Shown piece by piece: positions 48,901 to 61,400 of a DNA stretch of 64,000 nucleotides (position 1 is its first letter; every line of letters begins with the position of its first letter). Below the pieces are notes generated by a model. It did no database searches. It was not told the DNA's origin and worked only from the letters and a program-made list of their open reading frames with translations. The stretch comes from Podarcis filfolensis (Eukaryota), in assembly GCA_964270895.1 (NCBI GenBank), contig OZ185439.1; one strand, written 5' to 3'. Made by a program: the position numbers and the translations under genes.

Positions 48901-51900
48901 AGCCTATGGCTGTTTCTAGCTTTCAGGGATAGAACACTAAAAGTTGTGGCTGGCAAATCTGACTCCACAAAGCAATATGAATCTTAATAAGTGATCCAAA
49001 AGTGTTTTCCTACTAAAACCCTGCACCACTCTTTCCCTTCCAGCTGTTTCTAAAGGCTCCTGTTAGTACAGCTGATCTGACTGATATATTGATACAACAA
49101 AATCACATTGGGAGTGTTATTAAGGTAAGAGATCTGAAGCCATGTTAATTTATGACATTTTATGGAATAAATCTGTTGATGGTTAACAAGATATTTTGAT
49201 CCTTGGTTAATATGGCATTTGGGGCTGAAACGTACATGCTTCATTCAGGGCATCTGTCCACAGCACACATGGTCCAGGAGTAAATAATGCATATCAACAA
49301 TTATTTAAGCAAGCAACAAAATGGACTTTCCGCTTACTGCTATGGTAGCAGTACTTTTGATCCAGCACTAGGATCATGATAGTTGATAAACAAAAGTAAA
49401 GGATAAAAACACATATCTCTAGGGGGCAAAAAGCTACTTTGCATCTTTTTCCTAATTATACCTGCCACTCCTCATCCTGTATAAGTTGCAGTAGACCACA
49501 AACAGCATCTAATCTTGGCAAAATAAAAACAAAAGAATTTGAATGCAGGGCATTACAGAAAGAGAAATTATTCTTGCACTTACATTTTTAATGGGCTACT
49601 GGTCATACCTCCACCATTGATGGGACCCAGAGCAGAGCCTAAAGATTGCACCCTTACTTTTAATACTGAAAATATGAGCTTTTGGAAATACTTACTCTGG
49701 CCACACTTTGGGCATGGAGTAATTGTTATTTGTTGTTGGTCATGCCTAATAAGTGCTTGCAACAGTCAAAGAAAAATGCACTGCATAAGTTACTTATAAC
49801 ACTGCCGGTTATGCTAGTTTCCATTTTCCCCTGATAAACCGTCACAAAAAACAAAACAAAACCATTGGCCAGAAGTTGTGGCACAACAGTCTACAATACT
49901 TCTGCCAAGTCTCTGAAACATTCCTAAAATCAGTGGACTTAGATTGGGACAATTCACCTTGGGAACTGAGTTGCCATCAGTTTTTACTCTCAGCGACCTT
50001 TAGTTTATGTTTCTGTGTCCACTTATTGTGAGAAGGTGGCCCACTGCTCTGCTTGTCTGCTTGTGCTACCATATGGTCATGCAGAGGGATGGAATACAGA
50101 ATATCTGGAATGTCAGTGATCAGCTGGGAAATTCTAGCAAGATTCTGGTATGATTGCAAGTCTCTGATCCTTGATAGTTAAAGAATCTAGATGCAGTTTT
50201 ATCATTTCAGATAGACATTTATCTAGCTGCTGGAACTATGGAGCAAATAGGTCAAAGTGTTGAGGTGGATATAATGGCACGGTTCTAATAGAAAAGTTAT
50301 TTATTAAAATTTGTTCTTTTAAAAATGGGCTACAAGGACGACATACAGCCCAATTCTACGTATGCCTACTCTGAAGTAAGCCGCTTTGTGTTTAATAGGC
50401 TTTTTTTCTTATATATATTGACATTCTCTTCTTGACTGTTAGTAGACTATGATGCTTGCAGAAAGACTTAATAGAGAACATGCATTTGGTTGTATTTTCT
50501 CCTTTGTTTTCTGTTTAATAGCAAGCAGAACTTTTAGAGGAAAGTGATGATGATGATGATGATGATCCTGATGAGGTTTTTGGCTTCATAAGCCTGCTGA
50601 ACTTAACTGAAAGGAAGGTCAGTAATACTACTTTGTATTTAACTATGATGATAATCTGCCTGTCAACTAAATTTGAATATTTTGGCACCTCAGTGTTATC
50701 CATCGTTTTCCCTTTTTTATTTCATATAGTCATGTTTTCTTTCTGTCTGGCATCAGAATGAACACAATCAATACAAATAGAAACATCTGCTGGAAATGAT
50801 TAAACATCACACCCTTTCCAAGAAAAGGGAGTGGAGGAAGCCTTCATTGAGAACATTTCTTGTTCAGTATAGTTGAACGCAATTCATTGGGGTCAGCAAT
50901 ACCTCATAATATTAAGTACAAAAACCTACACAGGTGGGATGTGGGATCTAATTGTTGCCACATTTTTAAACATAATTTGTAATTAGCATACATATAGCAT
51001 AATTAAAATACTCATAAGCTTTGAATTATCTGTAACAATAATATATCTCAGAACTTGCAACTATAGTACAATAGGCCTGCAACATACTTTGGGTTACGTT
51101 CCAGGCATTTGTGCACAAAGATAAACTTGTGCAAAGGCAGGAAGACCCCCGGAACAGCCCACACGTGACTAGCTTTACCTTACTGGGCTGTGGGAAGGTT
51201 GTGCAAGGCTTCTGGAAGGTTGTAGGAGGCATCCAAGAGATCTCGTGATAGCCTTACAGAGCCTTGCACGATGTTTCCAGGGTCTGGTAAGCATGGTGGA
51301 GGGCTTTAAAACTCTTTCTTCACTAGAAAACCTGACGTGGAAAGTGCCTTGTTTTGCTGGGCTCTAGGAACGTCATGCAAGATCTCACAGGCTCTTTACA
51401 AGATCTCGCAAGATCTTAAACAGCCCCTTTCAACTGCCCCCCCAGCTCTCCATTAATTAATTTATTTTCCCACCGCCCACACAAAACTGGAATTGCATAA
51501 GTAAATCTTGTGTAAGTTGTGGGCCTGCTGTACATAATTCTCAAGCACCCTGTGCACAATCACCACATTTCACAGCTGCATGAATTGGATAGGTAAAACG
51601 GTTCAACTAAAACAAATAATTGCTGTAACTTTCTGTCCTCATTTTGATTGCAGACATGACTATTTTGCCTTCTCTTGTTGCCAAGCAGTTCTGAGGCTGC
51701 TTTTCTTAAAGTTCCAGGCAAGCTGGCTCTGTGTATCAAAACTCAACTCAGGGTTTGATAAATTGTAGACTTGGGTCTACTGGTGGCGCTGTGGGTTAAA
51801 CCACAGAGCCTAGGACTTGCCGATCAGAAGGTCAGTGGTTCGAATCCCCGCAACGGGGTGAGCTCCCGTTGCTCGGTCCCCGCTCCTGCCGACCTAGCAG

Positions 51901-54900
51901 TGCAAGTAGATAAATAGGTACAAGTGCAAGTAGATAAATAGGTACAAGTGCAAGTAGATAAATAGGTACCACTCTGGCGGGAAGGTAAACGGCATTTCCA
52001 TGCGCTGCTCTGGTTCGCCAGAAGCGGCTTAGTCATGCTGGCCACATGACCCGGAAGCTGTACGTCGGCTCCCTCGGCCAATAAAGCGAGATGAGCGCCG
52101 CAACCCCAGAGTCGGTCGTGACTGGACCTAATGGTCAGGGGTCCCTTTACCTTTACCTTTACCTTAGACTTGGGTCCTGAAGTGCTGGTGCCAGTATGGG
52201 TTGTTGAACTTAGGGTAGGCAGTGTCTGCTAGATTGGAAAAACCACCATTGGCTACCATTTGATCATGCATTTGCATGTGGTCACAGATGTCAACACTAC
52301 CTTTAGTTTCATTTAATAAATCAATAAATATAATAAAGACTGATCTCAGGTAGTGAATTCTGGTCTGAGATTGTTGCACTATTATACATTGACAAAATAA
52401 TAAGAATTTTCCTTTTTTCCTTTGATACATAATTTACAAGTGTCAGATCTTCTTGAAAAAACAAAAACACTGCTGTTGACACTTTTGGATTCATGAGCCA
52501 GGAACTCTAAGGGAATTTAAGGCCTGTTTCCTTTTCTTCTATTTGTTGATAGGAGCCAGGTTTTCTTAGCTAATCTTCCAAGCAGCAACACAATAGTGAA
52601 ATTATCAGTTGCTATATTCTATCCAGCAGGCTATAAATGTGTTAATTTTTCAACCACCATCTACCTATGTTTTGAGCTGCTGAGACAAAGCAGCCATAAT
52701 TTTATGCCATATTTTGTGGGTTTGGATGGCATATATTGCCTTGTTGGACGTCTTCCTCTGATCAGCCCTAATTGTTCATTAATTGTAACATTCTCATACA
52801 GCAGAAAGCAATGTGAGAGTGGCTTGATGAACATTTCACAGGTCGTGTGTAATGGCCAAGCGCCCTTCACATAAATAATTCAACATTAAAGCCTATCGCC
52901 ACATCATTTGATTCTTTTGAAGGAGGCCAGTGACATTGCATCCTGGAAGTTTTGCAGCAACCCTCAACAACACATTTTGCAAAGATCTTTCTGTAAACAG
53001 AGAAATGTGATCATCCAAAGCTTCTTAACTAAGAGTTGCCATTAAGTCTAGCCATCTGCTGAAGTGAAGCTGTATGTTGCTTGCAAAAATGTGCAGATGC
53101 AGTTGAGGTTGCGTTGACCAAGTTAGTAAGTTTTGTATAAACAAAACAGGTTTTTAAACAGGTTTTAAAACTTGTGGGGGTACTGTCAATGACCCCTAAT
53201 ACCATTTGTTGTAATGTTAAGGAAATGTAATGTAATGTTAAGGAAAGTGAGTAATTTTTCTGGTATGAAAATTATGGAAACATTATTTCACCTTCTGTGC
53301 TTTCTTCCTGCATGAATGAAAAGAATGAAGAGTCTAGGTGTCTGTTGAAATGGCATGTGAAAACTTTTGGAGGGGTCAGTTTGACGTGACACTTCATGTG
53401 TCTGGCTGTGTGACTTTCCAGGTTATTTAAATATTGAAATCATAACATATATATTTTTAAAAAATAATTTATGCAGCTTTAAGAATCCTTTGAAGGATGT
53501 TAGTTTGCAGGGGTGTAAATATGTATATTAATCTAACGAAGTGGAACATATGCAAATAGCAGAAGTGAAAAGAATAAAAGTGCAAAATCGACAAAAATAA
53601 TCCCAGTGGTTGACTTTAATTTGGCTTTGCAATAAGACCTGCATGAGTCATTACACTGTTTTAGAACGTCACCAATGGTGCTATTAGGCAATAGCAAACT
53701 AAGTCATACTTGGAATAGATTCACTGAAATAAATGGATTTAACATTGGATATCACCTAATATCTGTTCCGTCTCTTTCTGGATGAGTGCAGTCATACTTA
53801 AGAGCTGTGGAAATAATTGTTTAATTGAAGATTATTTCTGTAAGGAAAGATCATGTTGGTACTAGAATGGTGTTCCTCAATAAACATTTAAAAACTCAGT
53901 AGGATCCAGTTGTAGTTTCCTGTTGTTTGCATTGCTTGAACAAAATTATAACCCAATGTTTTAATGCATTGATTTATCACTTTCATTTGCTTTATTAGGC
54001 CATTTATGCTGAGTACTTCATATAATTTTATAAAGTATTCTTTTAGTCATGTGGCTGGCTCTGTGGCCCTAAGCAAGAGTGGAATGCTAATGCTTGGTTA
54101 CCGTTTTTGTCATCCTTTCCGAATTAAAACTCCCCTACATGCATTCGTTTGAGCGTTGATTAAATAATCTAAAAAGAAATTCCTACAAATCATTAAAAGT
54201 CACAGCAAGAAATTTCCCAGAGTCCTGTAAAACAATGCCCAGAAGCTCTCTTTTCAAGTTGCCTTTTGTAAATAATTATTCTGTAATGCAAAGAAAATCT
54301 ATCCTTTGATTCCTAGGGTACCGAATGTGCTGAACAAATTAAAGAGCTGGTTTTAAGCCAGTGTGAGAAGAACTGTGAACAGAGTATGGTTGAACAGCTG
54401 GATAAGCTCCTAAGTGACACCACCAAGCCTGTGGGCTTCCTACTAAGTGAAAGATTCATTAATGTACCTCCCCAGATCGCTCTGCCCATGCACCAGCAAC
54501 TGCAGTAAGAGCTTTTCCAAAACCATTTTTGAACAGAATTATTTTTTTTTTTATCCTCGGATGACCTCTGAAATCTTATTTAAATGGAAATGTGTAGAGT
54601 GGGAAGAAAAAGGTCCCCCGAGAAGCAGAAACCAACATTTTTAGTATTGATCTCTTAAAGTGGCCTTTGGTGCAAACATTCAATATTTCACATATTGTGT
54701 ATAGGTGAGTTTTACTCATATGTGAAAGCACTTTGTAAGGGATGAAAAAAGCCACTTAGAATTACTCTGCAATATATTGGATCCAGACAAATGTGTTCTG
54801 TGAATTGTTTTGAGAGTTGTGCTGTTGCTTGGAGAACACTCACTAAAAACAGCTACATTCTAACCATTTATCTTTTATTATAGTGGTTTCTATTCCTGGC

Positions 54901-57872
54901 AGATTGGTTACAGAAATTTGTTTAAATTTCTGAACTTTTGACTAAACACTGGATATTTATTTTAAGGATTAAGGCTGTTAAGTGAGATGCATAACCAGAG
55001 ATCAGTAAGCAGTTTTAGCAAAGCTGATGCCAAGAATTCAGAGAAGAATCTTTAGTTGTTTGTAACGATTTTAAATAGTTCTGGCAGTAGAATAATTTGC
55101 TCTTTCCCCCTGGTTGCATGGCCTTGTTTGTTTGTTGTTGTTACATCAGTTTCCTGATTCAGATATCACAGAACACTGGATTTAAGGAATATTAAATATT
55201 CATAAAAACTGGGAGCAAGGAGTGTAGTACAGACATATTCCTGGTCCAATAAGCTATGGGTTATAGAACTGGAAGTGCCCACAGCTTTGGTTCGTGTAGA
55301 GAGAGCTTCACCACAGTATGGGCCATATACTAAATCAAACCTTGCTTAGTAAAGTTGCTGCAAACCACTCTCCAGGCGTTTGTGGTCTAGCTAAGCCAGA
55401 ATTTGACTTAGCATGTTGGGTGAACTAGGCCAGTGTTTTGCCCAGTAACCACCACCTTTGCTTCTGGAACGTTAGGTGATCTTCCTTAATGCCCTTACAT
55501 GTAAAAAGAGAGTGGAACAGAAATATTTAATTTCACAATTATTCCCCTAAGCAGATTATGAATTCTCCTGGGGGACCATAGGTCTGCAGGGCTCATGAAG
55601 GAAAAGTCTTCAGTTTCAACGAAGCAGCTTTTTTGCTGTGGAGTGAGATGAAGAGAGGCAGTGTGAAGAAGAAGGAAGGAGAAAAAGATGCATAATCCGA
55701 AAGTTTCCTTTTATATTCTAAGAACAGCAGGAGCATTTGTTGCTCAGAATGTTTTCACTCACCTCTTAAGGGATGGTGGAACAGTGTGTTTATGCACACT
55801 TCTGAGGATTGTGTTGGCACATGAGAAAGCACTGTTGTGGCAAAGCAGGCATCTTTATTTGCGGATTGGGCTGAAAATATGTGACTCTTGAGTGAGGTCT
55901 GGACACAATAGAAGTGTTTTCCGATTGATCTTTCCTGCAGTTGTGCATAGGTTTGACTGAAGCATGAAGAAATTTTTGGTGTAAATATGTGTTTATTTCT
56001 AGGAAAGAACTAATTGAAGCTCAAAAAACAAACAAACCTTGTGGAAAATGCTACTTCTATCTTCTAATTAGCAAAACTTTTACTAATAAGAAGAGTAATA
56101 TCAGAAAAAAGGGAAGCAGCAGCCGTCAGAAAGAAGAACTGATGTTTTCAAATGCTGAGGAAGAATTCTTTTATGAGGTGAGACTTCGTTGTTGTTGATC
56201 GACTTTTTTGGTGTATTTTGATGTATACCGGGGAACCTAAAAGATTTGAGGCTGTTTTTCTTTCTAGCGTGTAGCAGCTATTGAACGTGGTCAAGGCAAT
56301 TGTTCAGCATAGATGGAAAGGGGGCAGGGAAAGCAAAGATGAAAGATCTCCATTGCTCTTGCACCCCAGTTCATGCATCCTGATTCAATGGAGTCAGCTC
56401 CAGGTTCAATTGCCACCACTACTGCAGCAGCAGCTTTGCTTGGAATGGCCTGCATTGAAGCTGTCCTTGGGGCTGAATGGGGAATGAATTTGGTTTTGCC
56501 AATCCTAGTCACGAGGGCTTGTCTCTGGCTATTAGAAGTATAGCTTGGGTGCTGCAGTCTGCTGTCAGGGATATTTCTGTGTGCAAATCTTGCCTGTGTT
56601 GATTTGACGGGTGGCAGCTAGTGCACTTTTTTTTTTTGTAATGCTTCCCTGCCCCATCCTCTCCCTACCCTTTTAAACTTCCTCATTATTTGCATGCAGT
56701 GTCCCACTTGATTTAATACAGGGAGTAGTGTTTTTCATTAATTACCAGATTAATGAAAATCTGCCAGATTTCAGATAATATTCTTTTAGCCCCGGAAGCA
56801 CTTGTACACACATTCAATAGTTCAATCTGTTGTTTATACAAAGATACTCTTTTCTCCCCAGGCATATCCCAGATTAGCCTAGCCTAGCACTGCAGTTATA
56901 TTCAAGCAGACCAGACATAATAAGTTCATGGCCATATTGTACATTGCTGTAAACTGCTTTGAGCGTGATGTAAATGGAAAGGTAGTCTATACATAAAAGA
57001 TAAAGACAATTGCAATGCCTGATTTTTAAAAAAATAATTAGTCCTGCTTGTAGAGAGATTTGAAGATGCAGTTTCCTTTGTATGTTCCAGTTTTCAGGGG
57101 TTGCCACCATATCTGAACATTTATATATTGATTTATCATGTTTTTAAACTTCTCATGACATTGTATCAGTCCTTGCCACAATACTTTCTGAAAACTAAAA
57201 TGTGGTTTAGAACACTTTAAAATTGAGTGACATCATGAAAAAATAATATAATTTACATACATTCTATTTATTTGCATGATCAGGTAGGCATACCATGTGC
57301 TTTTAAAACAGAATATGGGAATTATCTGAAAAATAAAGAGTTGTCCAAGGCTACATCTTAACATGATGCTATTTTCCCTTGGTTCAGCCTACTGGTTCAT
57401 TATATTTTTCCAGAGTCTCCTCCAGGGTGTGCAGTGACCTTTTTCATCATTTATCTCTGCATACTATGTAGAAGCATTCAAGCAAATCTAAATTTGGTAT
57501 GCAAGTTTATGAAACATTGCACACCAAGTTCCATAATAGGACATCGAATCTTCGGTTACCACTGTGCCTTATTAAAATGACTTTACCTGGCCTTTCTTTG
57601 TAGACAGTGTAAGTTATATACGTATTCTTAATTCTTTTTTAAAAGGAAGCAAAAATATGGCAATTCAAATGCTTTTAACGAGTTTGCTTATTTTGTTTTA
57701 GAAATCGCTTCTGAAGTTCAGTTACTCAGTAGAAGAGGAAAGCGACTCATGTTTGGGAGGCAGATGGTCTTTTGAAGATGTACCCATGAAACCTTTACGA
57801 ACTGTGATGGTAATCCCTGCTGACAGGATGAATGCCATCATGGATAAACTCAAAGAATATCTTTCTGTCTGA
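45747..57872 (+). CDS. BCCIP: BCCIP (BRCA2 and CDKN1A interacting protein), beta-type isoform, complete CDS, 7 exons, 314 aa
   Basis: Exons 45747-45905, 47782-47856, 49044-49124, 50522-50617, 54317-54504, 56003-56177, 57702-57872 total 945 nt, all GT-AG with consistent phases. Contains EVNIEFEA, LIQQNHIGSVIK, GFLLSERFINVPPQIALPM, MFSNAEEEFFYE and ends KLKEYLSV*. Confidence 0.97.
46325..46563 (+). mobile_element. Family B MITE copy 4
   Basis: Same TIRs and TA flanks. Confidence 0.92.
47246..47486 (+). mobile_element. Family B MITE copy 5 (more diverged)
   Basis: Same TIRs and TA flanks, more substitutions. Confidence 0.88.
47782..47856 (+). CDS. BCCIP: BCCIP exon 2 EVNIEFEAHSISDNDKNGMKKLLQQ
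   Basis: 75 nt, cag / gtatgt. Confidence 0.95.
48729..48806. repeat. About 80-bp palindromic dispersed repeat
   Basis: caatcctata ... tgtaggattg inverted ends with an internal taagtcccattga / tcaaatggtactta stem; related copy at about 34766-34845. Confidence 0.6.
49044..49124 (+). CDS. BCCIP: BCCIP exon 3 LFLKAPVSTADLTDILIQQNHIGSVIK
   Basis: 81 nt, cag / gtaaga. Confidence 0.95.
50522..50617 (+). CDS. BCCIP: BCCIP exon 4 QAELLEESDDDDDDDPDEVFGFISLLNLTERK
   Basis: 96 nt, tag / gtcagt. Confidence 0.95.
51778..52164 (+). mobile_element. Sauria SINE (Squam1-like), full length, with an internal 3 x 24-bp expansion
   Basis: 12-bp TSD tagacttgggtc at 51766-51777 and 52165-52176; (tttacc)n tail. 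Confidence 0.92.
52540..52870 (-). pseudogene. piggyBac transposase fossil
   Basis: ENVTINEQLGLIRGRRPTRQYMPSKPTKYGIKLW, then in the same frame through stop codons NIATDNFT. These resemble the piggyBac motifs TVDEQL..FRGR..FRQYMPSKP.KYGIK and NITTDNFFTS. Confidence 0.85.
54317..54504 (+). CDS. BCCIP: BCCIP exon 5 GTECAEQIKEL...PMHQQLQ
   Basis: 188 nt, tag / gtaaga. Confidence 0.95.
56003..56177 (+). CDS. BCCIP: BCCIP exon 6 KELIEAQKTNKPCGKCYFYLLISKTF...EFFYE
   Basis: 175 nt, tag / gtgaga. Confidence 0.95.
57702..57872 (+). CDS. BCCIP: BCCIP exon 7 (beta C-terminus) KSLLKFSYSVEEESDSCLGGRWSFEDVPMKPLRTVM...EYLSV*
   Basis: ttttag acceptor; TGA at 57870-57872. Confidence 0.95.
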   Translation, partial: KSLLKFSYSVEEESDSCLGGRWSFEDVPMKPLRTVMVIPADRMNAIMDKLKEYLSV

Positions 57873-58282
57873 ACCACTCTCTGTGCTAACGGTTTTGTGA
57901 AGTACCCCTGTAAAAGTTATTCGACTTTACAGTGGTGTCTAGAAATTTTCCATACCAATTCTGCATTATTTCAGGATCTCCTTTATATTCTCATAAAGTA
58001 CATCACCTACACAACTTGTTCTTATTGGCAGAGAATTACCATTTTGAAACATCAGGATTACAAGTGCAATTTTAAAAAACCCTCAAAACAGTAATCATTT
58101 AATAATTGTTGAACACTTTTCTAACTAACTGTAGGTTGTTTCCATGTTGCCAAAGATAATAACAAAAAACTCCTGCGATTTTGTTCTGTTTTAAAATCAT
58201 TTCTCATGTCATATAAAAGCTGGTGTTAGGAATATATTGTACATAGAGGTTATATACTTCAACACAGTTTGGGATAGCAAAC

Positions 58283-58475
58283 TTATTGAATAATGCATCG
58301 CTGTTCGGCAGGTGTTTCAGGATATTTTTTATATTCTTTATCTTTGCTGTTTGTTTTTTCTTCCTTGCCTGTTGTTGAAATGGGTGATAAATGATTGATT
58401 TCTTCCTGCAGAATAGCCTTGCTCTCACTGGCAGGCAGATTACTAAAATAGTATTGAGGTGCCAGCTCCACAAAT
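58283..58475 (-). CDS. DHX32: DHX32 terminal coding exon [19 protein letters not shown]...EQRCIIQ*
   Basis: ttcttaacag acceptor; stop at 58283-58285; candidate ATTAAA polyA signal on - at 58098-58103. Confidence 0.93.
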
Positions 58476-61400
58476 CTGTTAAGAAACAGAATAAACAAGT
58501 GAGGGTATATTTTTTTTTAAGAAGGCAATTTTTCAATATTTTCTATGACTGTTTTATGACTCATGCAGCAAATGCTTACAGGCAGGAACATTTTGATGCA
58601 TTAAATATAGAGCTGCATAGCTGGAATCAGTTCCAAATTATATATTCCAGGTAAAGTGTACATATAAGATTATACAGTTTCTTTACAAATTAATATGTTC
58701 CGTTTGTCCTTGGAGTGCTAGTAGTTGGTTTCCAGGTGTTGCAAACTGCAATCAAAATATAACATAGTCCTGGATATGAGTATACCCTTTGCAAATTCTA
58801 CCTGAAGCTTCAATGCATAACCTATTTAAATTTAGGGAAACGGTAGAAGGGCACAATTTTTATCTATTTTAGTAGTTTGGGGAAAAGGAATAGTTTCCTG
58901 CTACTATGTGCATTATAGCATTTCAAATAAATTCAGTCATCGCTAGCCACACATGTGTGGAATTATTAGTTGTTCATGCTCCTGATTCAGTATATAACAT
59001 GAATTTTGTTTAACTTTGATTTCACATCTGTGCATTGGTTCTGTGTGCCAGGACACAGAGGAATAGATATGCTCAGGGTTAACTTGTCCATTAATTTCAT
59101 ACTAGTCTTAACATTGTCTATCACCCATTTTCTTCAGTCTATCTTACTAAAAGGGGGATTGCACTGTATCAGTTTGAACTTACTACCTGCTTGAGCAGGT
59201 ACATCAGACCAAGTAGTGACATAGGACTGAAATAGCTGAAGGCTAAACATTTCATTTTTAAATTTCTAATTAAAACTTTACCCATGGTTCAGTAAGTGAA
59301 ATGCTTTTAACCAAAATGTACTTATTTATTTAATAGAAAGCACTTCTGAAGTTCAGCCATGTTGGGCTGCAAGCTCAAACCATCTGCACAGAAACAAATT
59401 CTCAGTATGAAGTCAATGAGAACATGCTACTATTGCCTGCACTTTGTTTCCTCTTTTTTAAAAAAGTTATTTATCTATGCCACCAAGCAAACAGTGAAGT
59501 TAAAATGATTTGCTCAATGGCTATTTCTGGACAACTAATGTAGAGCTTGTCAGGTAGTACTTCATTACTGGGATTTTGCTTGAATGGGAGACTAGGAGCA
59601 TAGCTTGGGCTGATGGTCCCAAAATGAGTAAATCCATTCTGCATTGATTCTGCATTTATTTGGATAATAGGATCATGCTAGCCCTGCAGATAAAATTAAT
59701 TGTGAAATGGTGAGATTTAAAAACTTTAAAACATTTCACTTCCTTGCCTCCCTTAATACACTTTCAGAATGCTGATAGAACTATTGTACACTTCCATGAG
59801 ATTGTCAGTTGGATTTCTATAATTCAGTGAAAATATCCTAATGATATTTGAAATACCTCCCATAAAATAACTTTCAGCACGAGTCATACTATTTCCACCA
59901 AATCAAAATTATGGAACAGGTAGCTACCAAATATCCAAACTCTGCAGAAATGTTAGAGCACACACTTTGTATGCAGAAAATCCCACATGAAATACAGGGC
60001 ATCTCCAGGTAGGACTAAGAAAGACAATTGTATGAAACACAGTCTGCACTGACAACACTGAGCTAGATGGACTAATAGTCTGACTCAATATAAGGCAGTT
60101 CCCTGTGGTCATAACCTGCTTAAAATAAGAAAAGTGCTAGGAGACCTTTCAACACTGACAGTATTGATGTGGGTGGTGGGGTGCCAGCTTAAAAACCACA
60201 CACACAAATGTATCTTACTGCTGGAAGCTAAAGGCAGAGATCACCCACCCCTCCTGTCTCTCCAATTTTCCCACGAAGCAAGCTGTGTAATGTTGGGTTG
60301 TGCTCTTAAATGGAAGTTGTATGCTACAAACATGAATGAAAACCTAAATTCCAACTTCCTCTTACTTACAGATCAGGTGATATCGCTGAGATGATTTTTA
60401 GAGAGTTGTTTTCAGCAATACTGAATTCATGGAACACAACCCACTCTGGGATCCTTGCAGTGTTGTAGTATATTGACAGAGGGTGAAGCTGGGCCACTTG
60501 CCTGTGTGACAACATTAAATAGTTTCCAGCACCATCAACATCACGAGCTATCTAGAACATGAAAAGTCAATAAATGACATGTAATTACCTGGACTTATGC
60601 CTACTGCAGTGTATTACCTGCATTCAGTTATCCATTAAATACCAAAATACGATCCAAGAATGGTTCTGTTGTAGTCAAATGACTACACAAATTAATTTTA
60701 CAGCTTTAAATGAATTGTAAGAGGACTGAAGAGTAAGCTATAGAATTAAAACAAATTGGGGGATAGGAATCAAAGGGACAGAGCATTATTATGTCAATAC
60801 AAATGAAAGCAAAGTATTTTGATTAAATTGAGCTTTTCCAAAACATTATTAAACTTAGATGAAGCTATCCATTTGGTTTCCTTACTTGCATAAAGTAACC
60901 AGACAAGAGTGCTTTCTTTATCCTCAGTACATTTTCTTTCAATCCAAAAGCAGGTGCTGAAATTGGGAGTTCAATTCGTTTCATAATGTCATCCAATTCA
61001 GCTCTGATAGCTTCCGCCATTCTTAGTGCAGAGCAGTTCAGAAAATACTCTTGACACCACTTTTCAGTACCACGGTCTGCGAGGGGAAAAAGGTAAAATT
61101 GTGTTTGTTTTTGCTAGAGAATCCAGTTCCATTACACTCAAAGGGACTTATTCCCAAATAAATTTGTACAGGACTACAGCTTTCATCCTGAGAAGACGTT
61201 ATTCTGTCATGTAGATTTTACCTGACAGAATAACCCTTTTTTCAGGATAAAGGCTACAGTCATATACACACTTATCTGGGGATACGTCCCAGTGAACTTA
61301 ATGGAACTGACTTCTAAGTATGCATTTTTTACATTAGACTTATTTAATTTACCATTTTAAAATTGGAATTCATTGCTAGCCCTCTTCAGGCATTCCATAG

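Noticed and set aside
51899-51969. CRISPR-like array (3 x 24-bp direct repeats)
   Set aside because: Head-to-tail tandem units with no spacers, inside a SINE, in a vertebrate genome.
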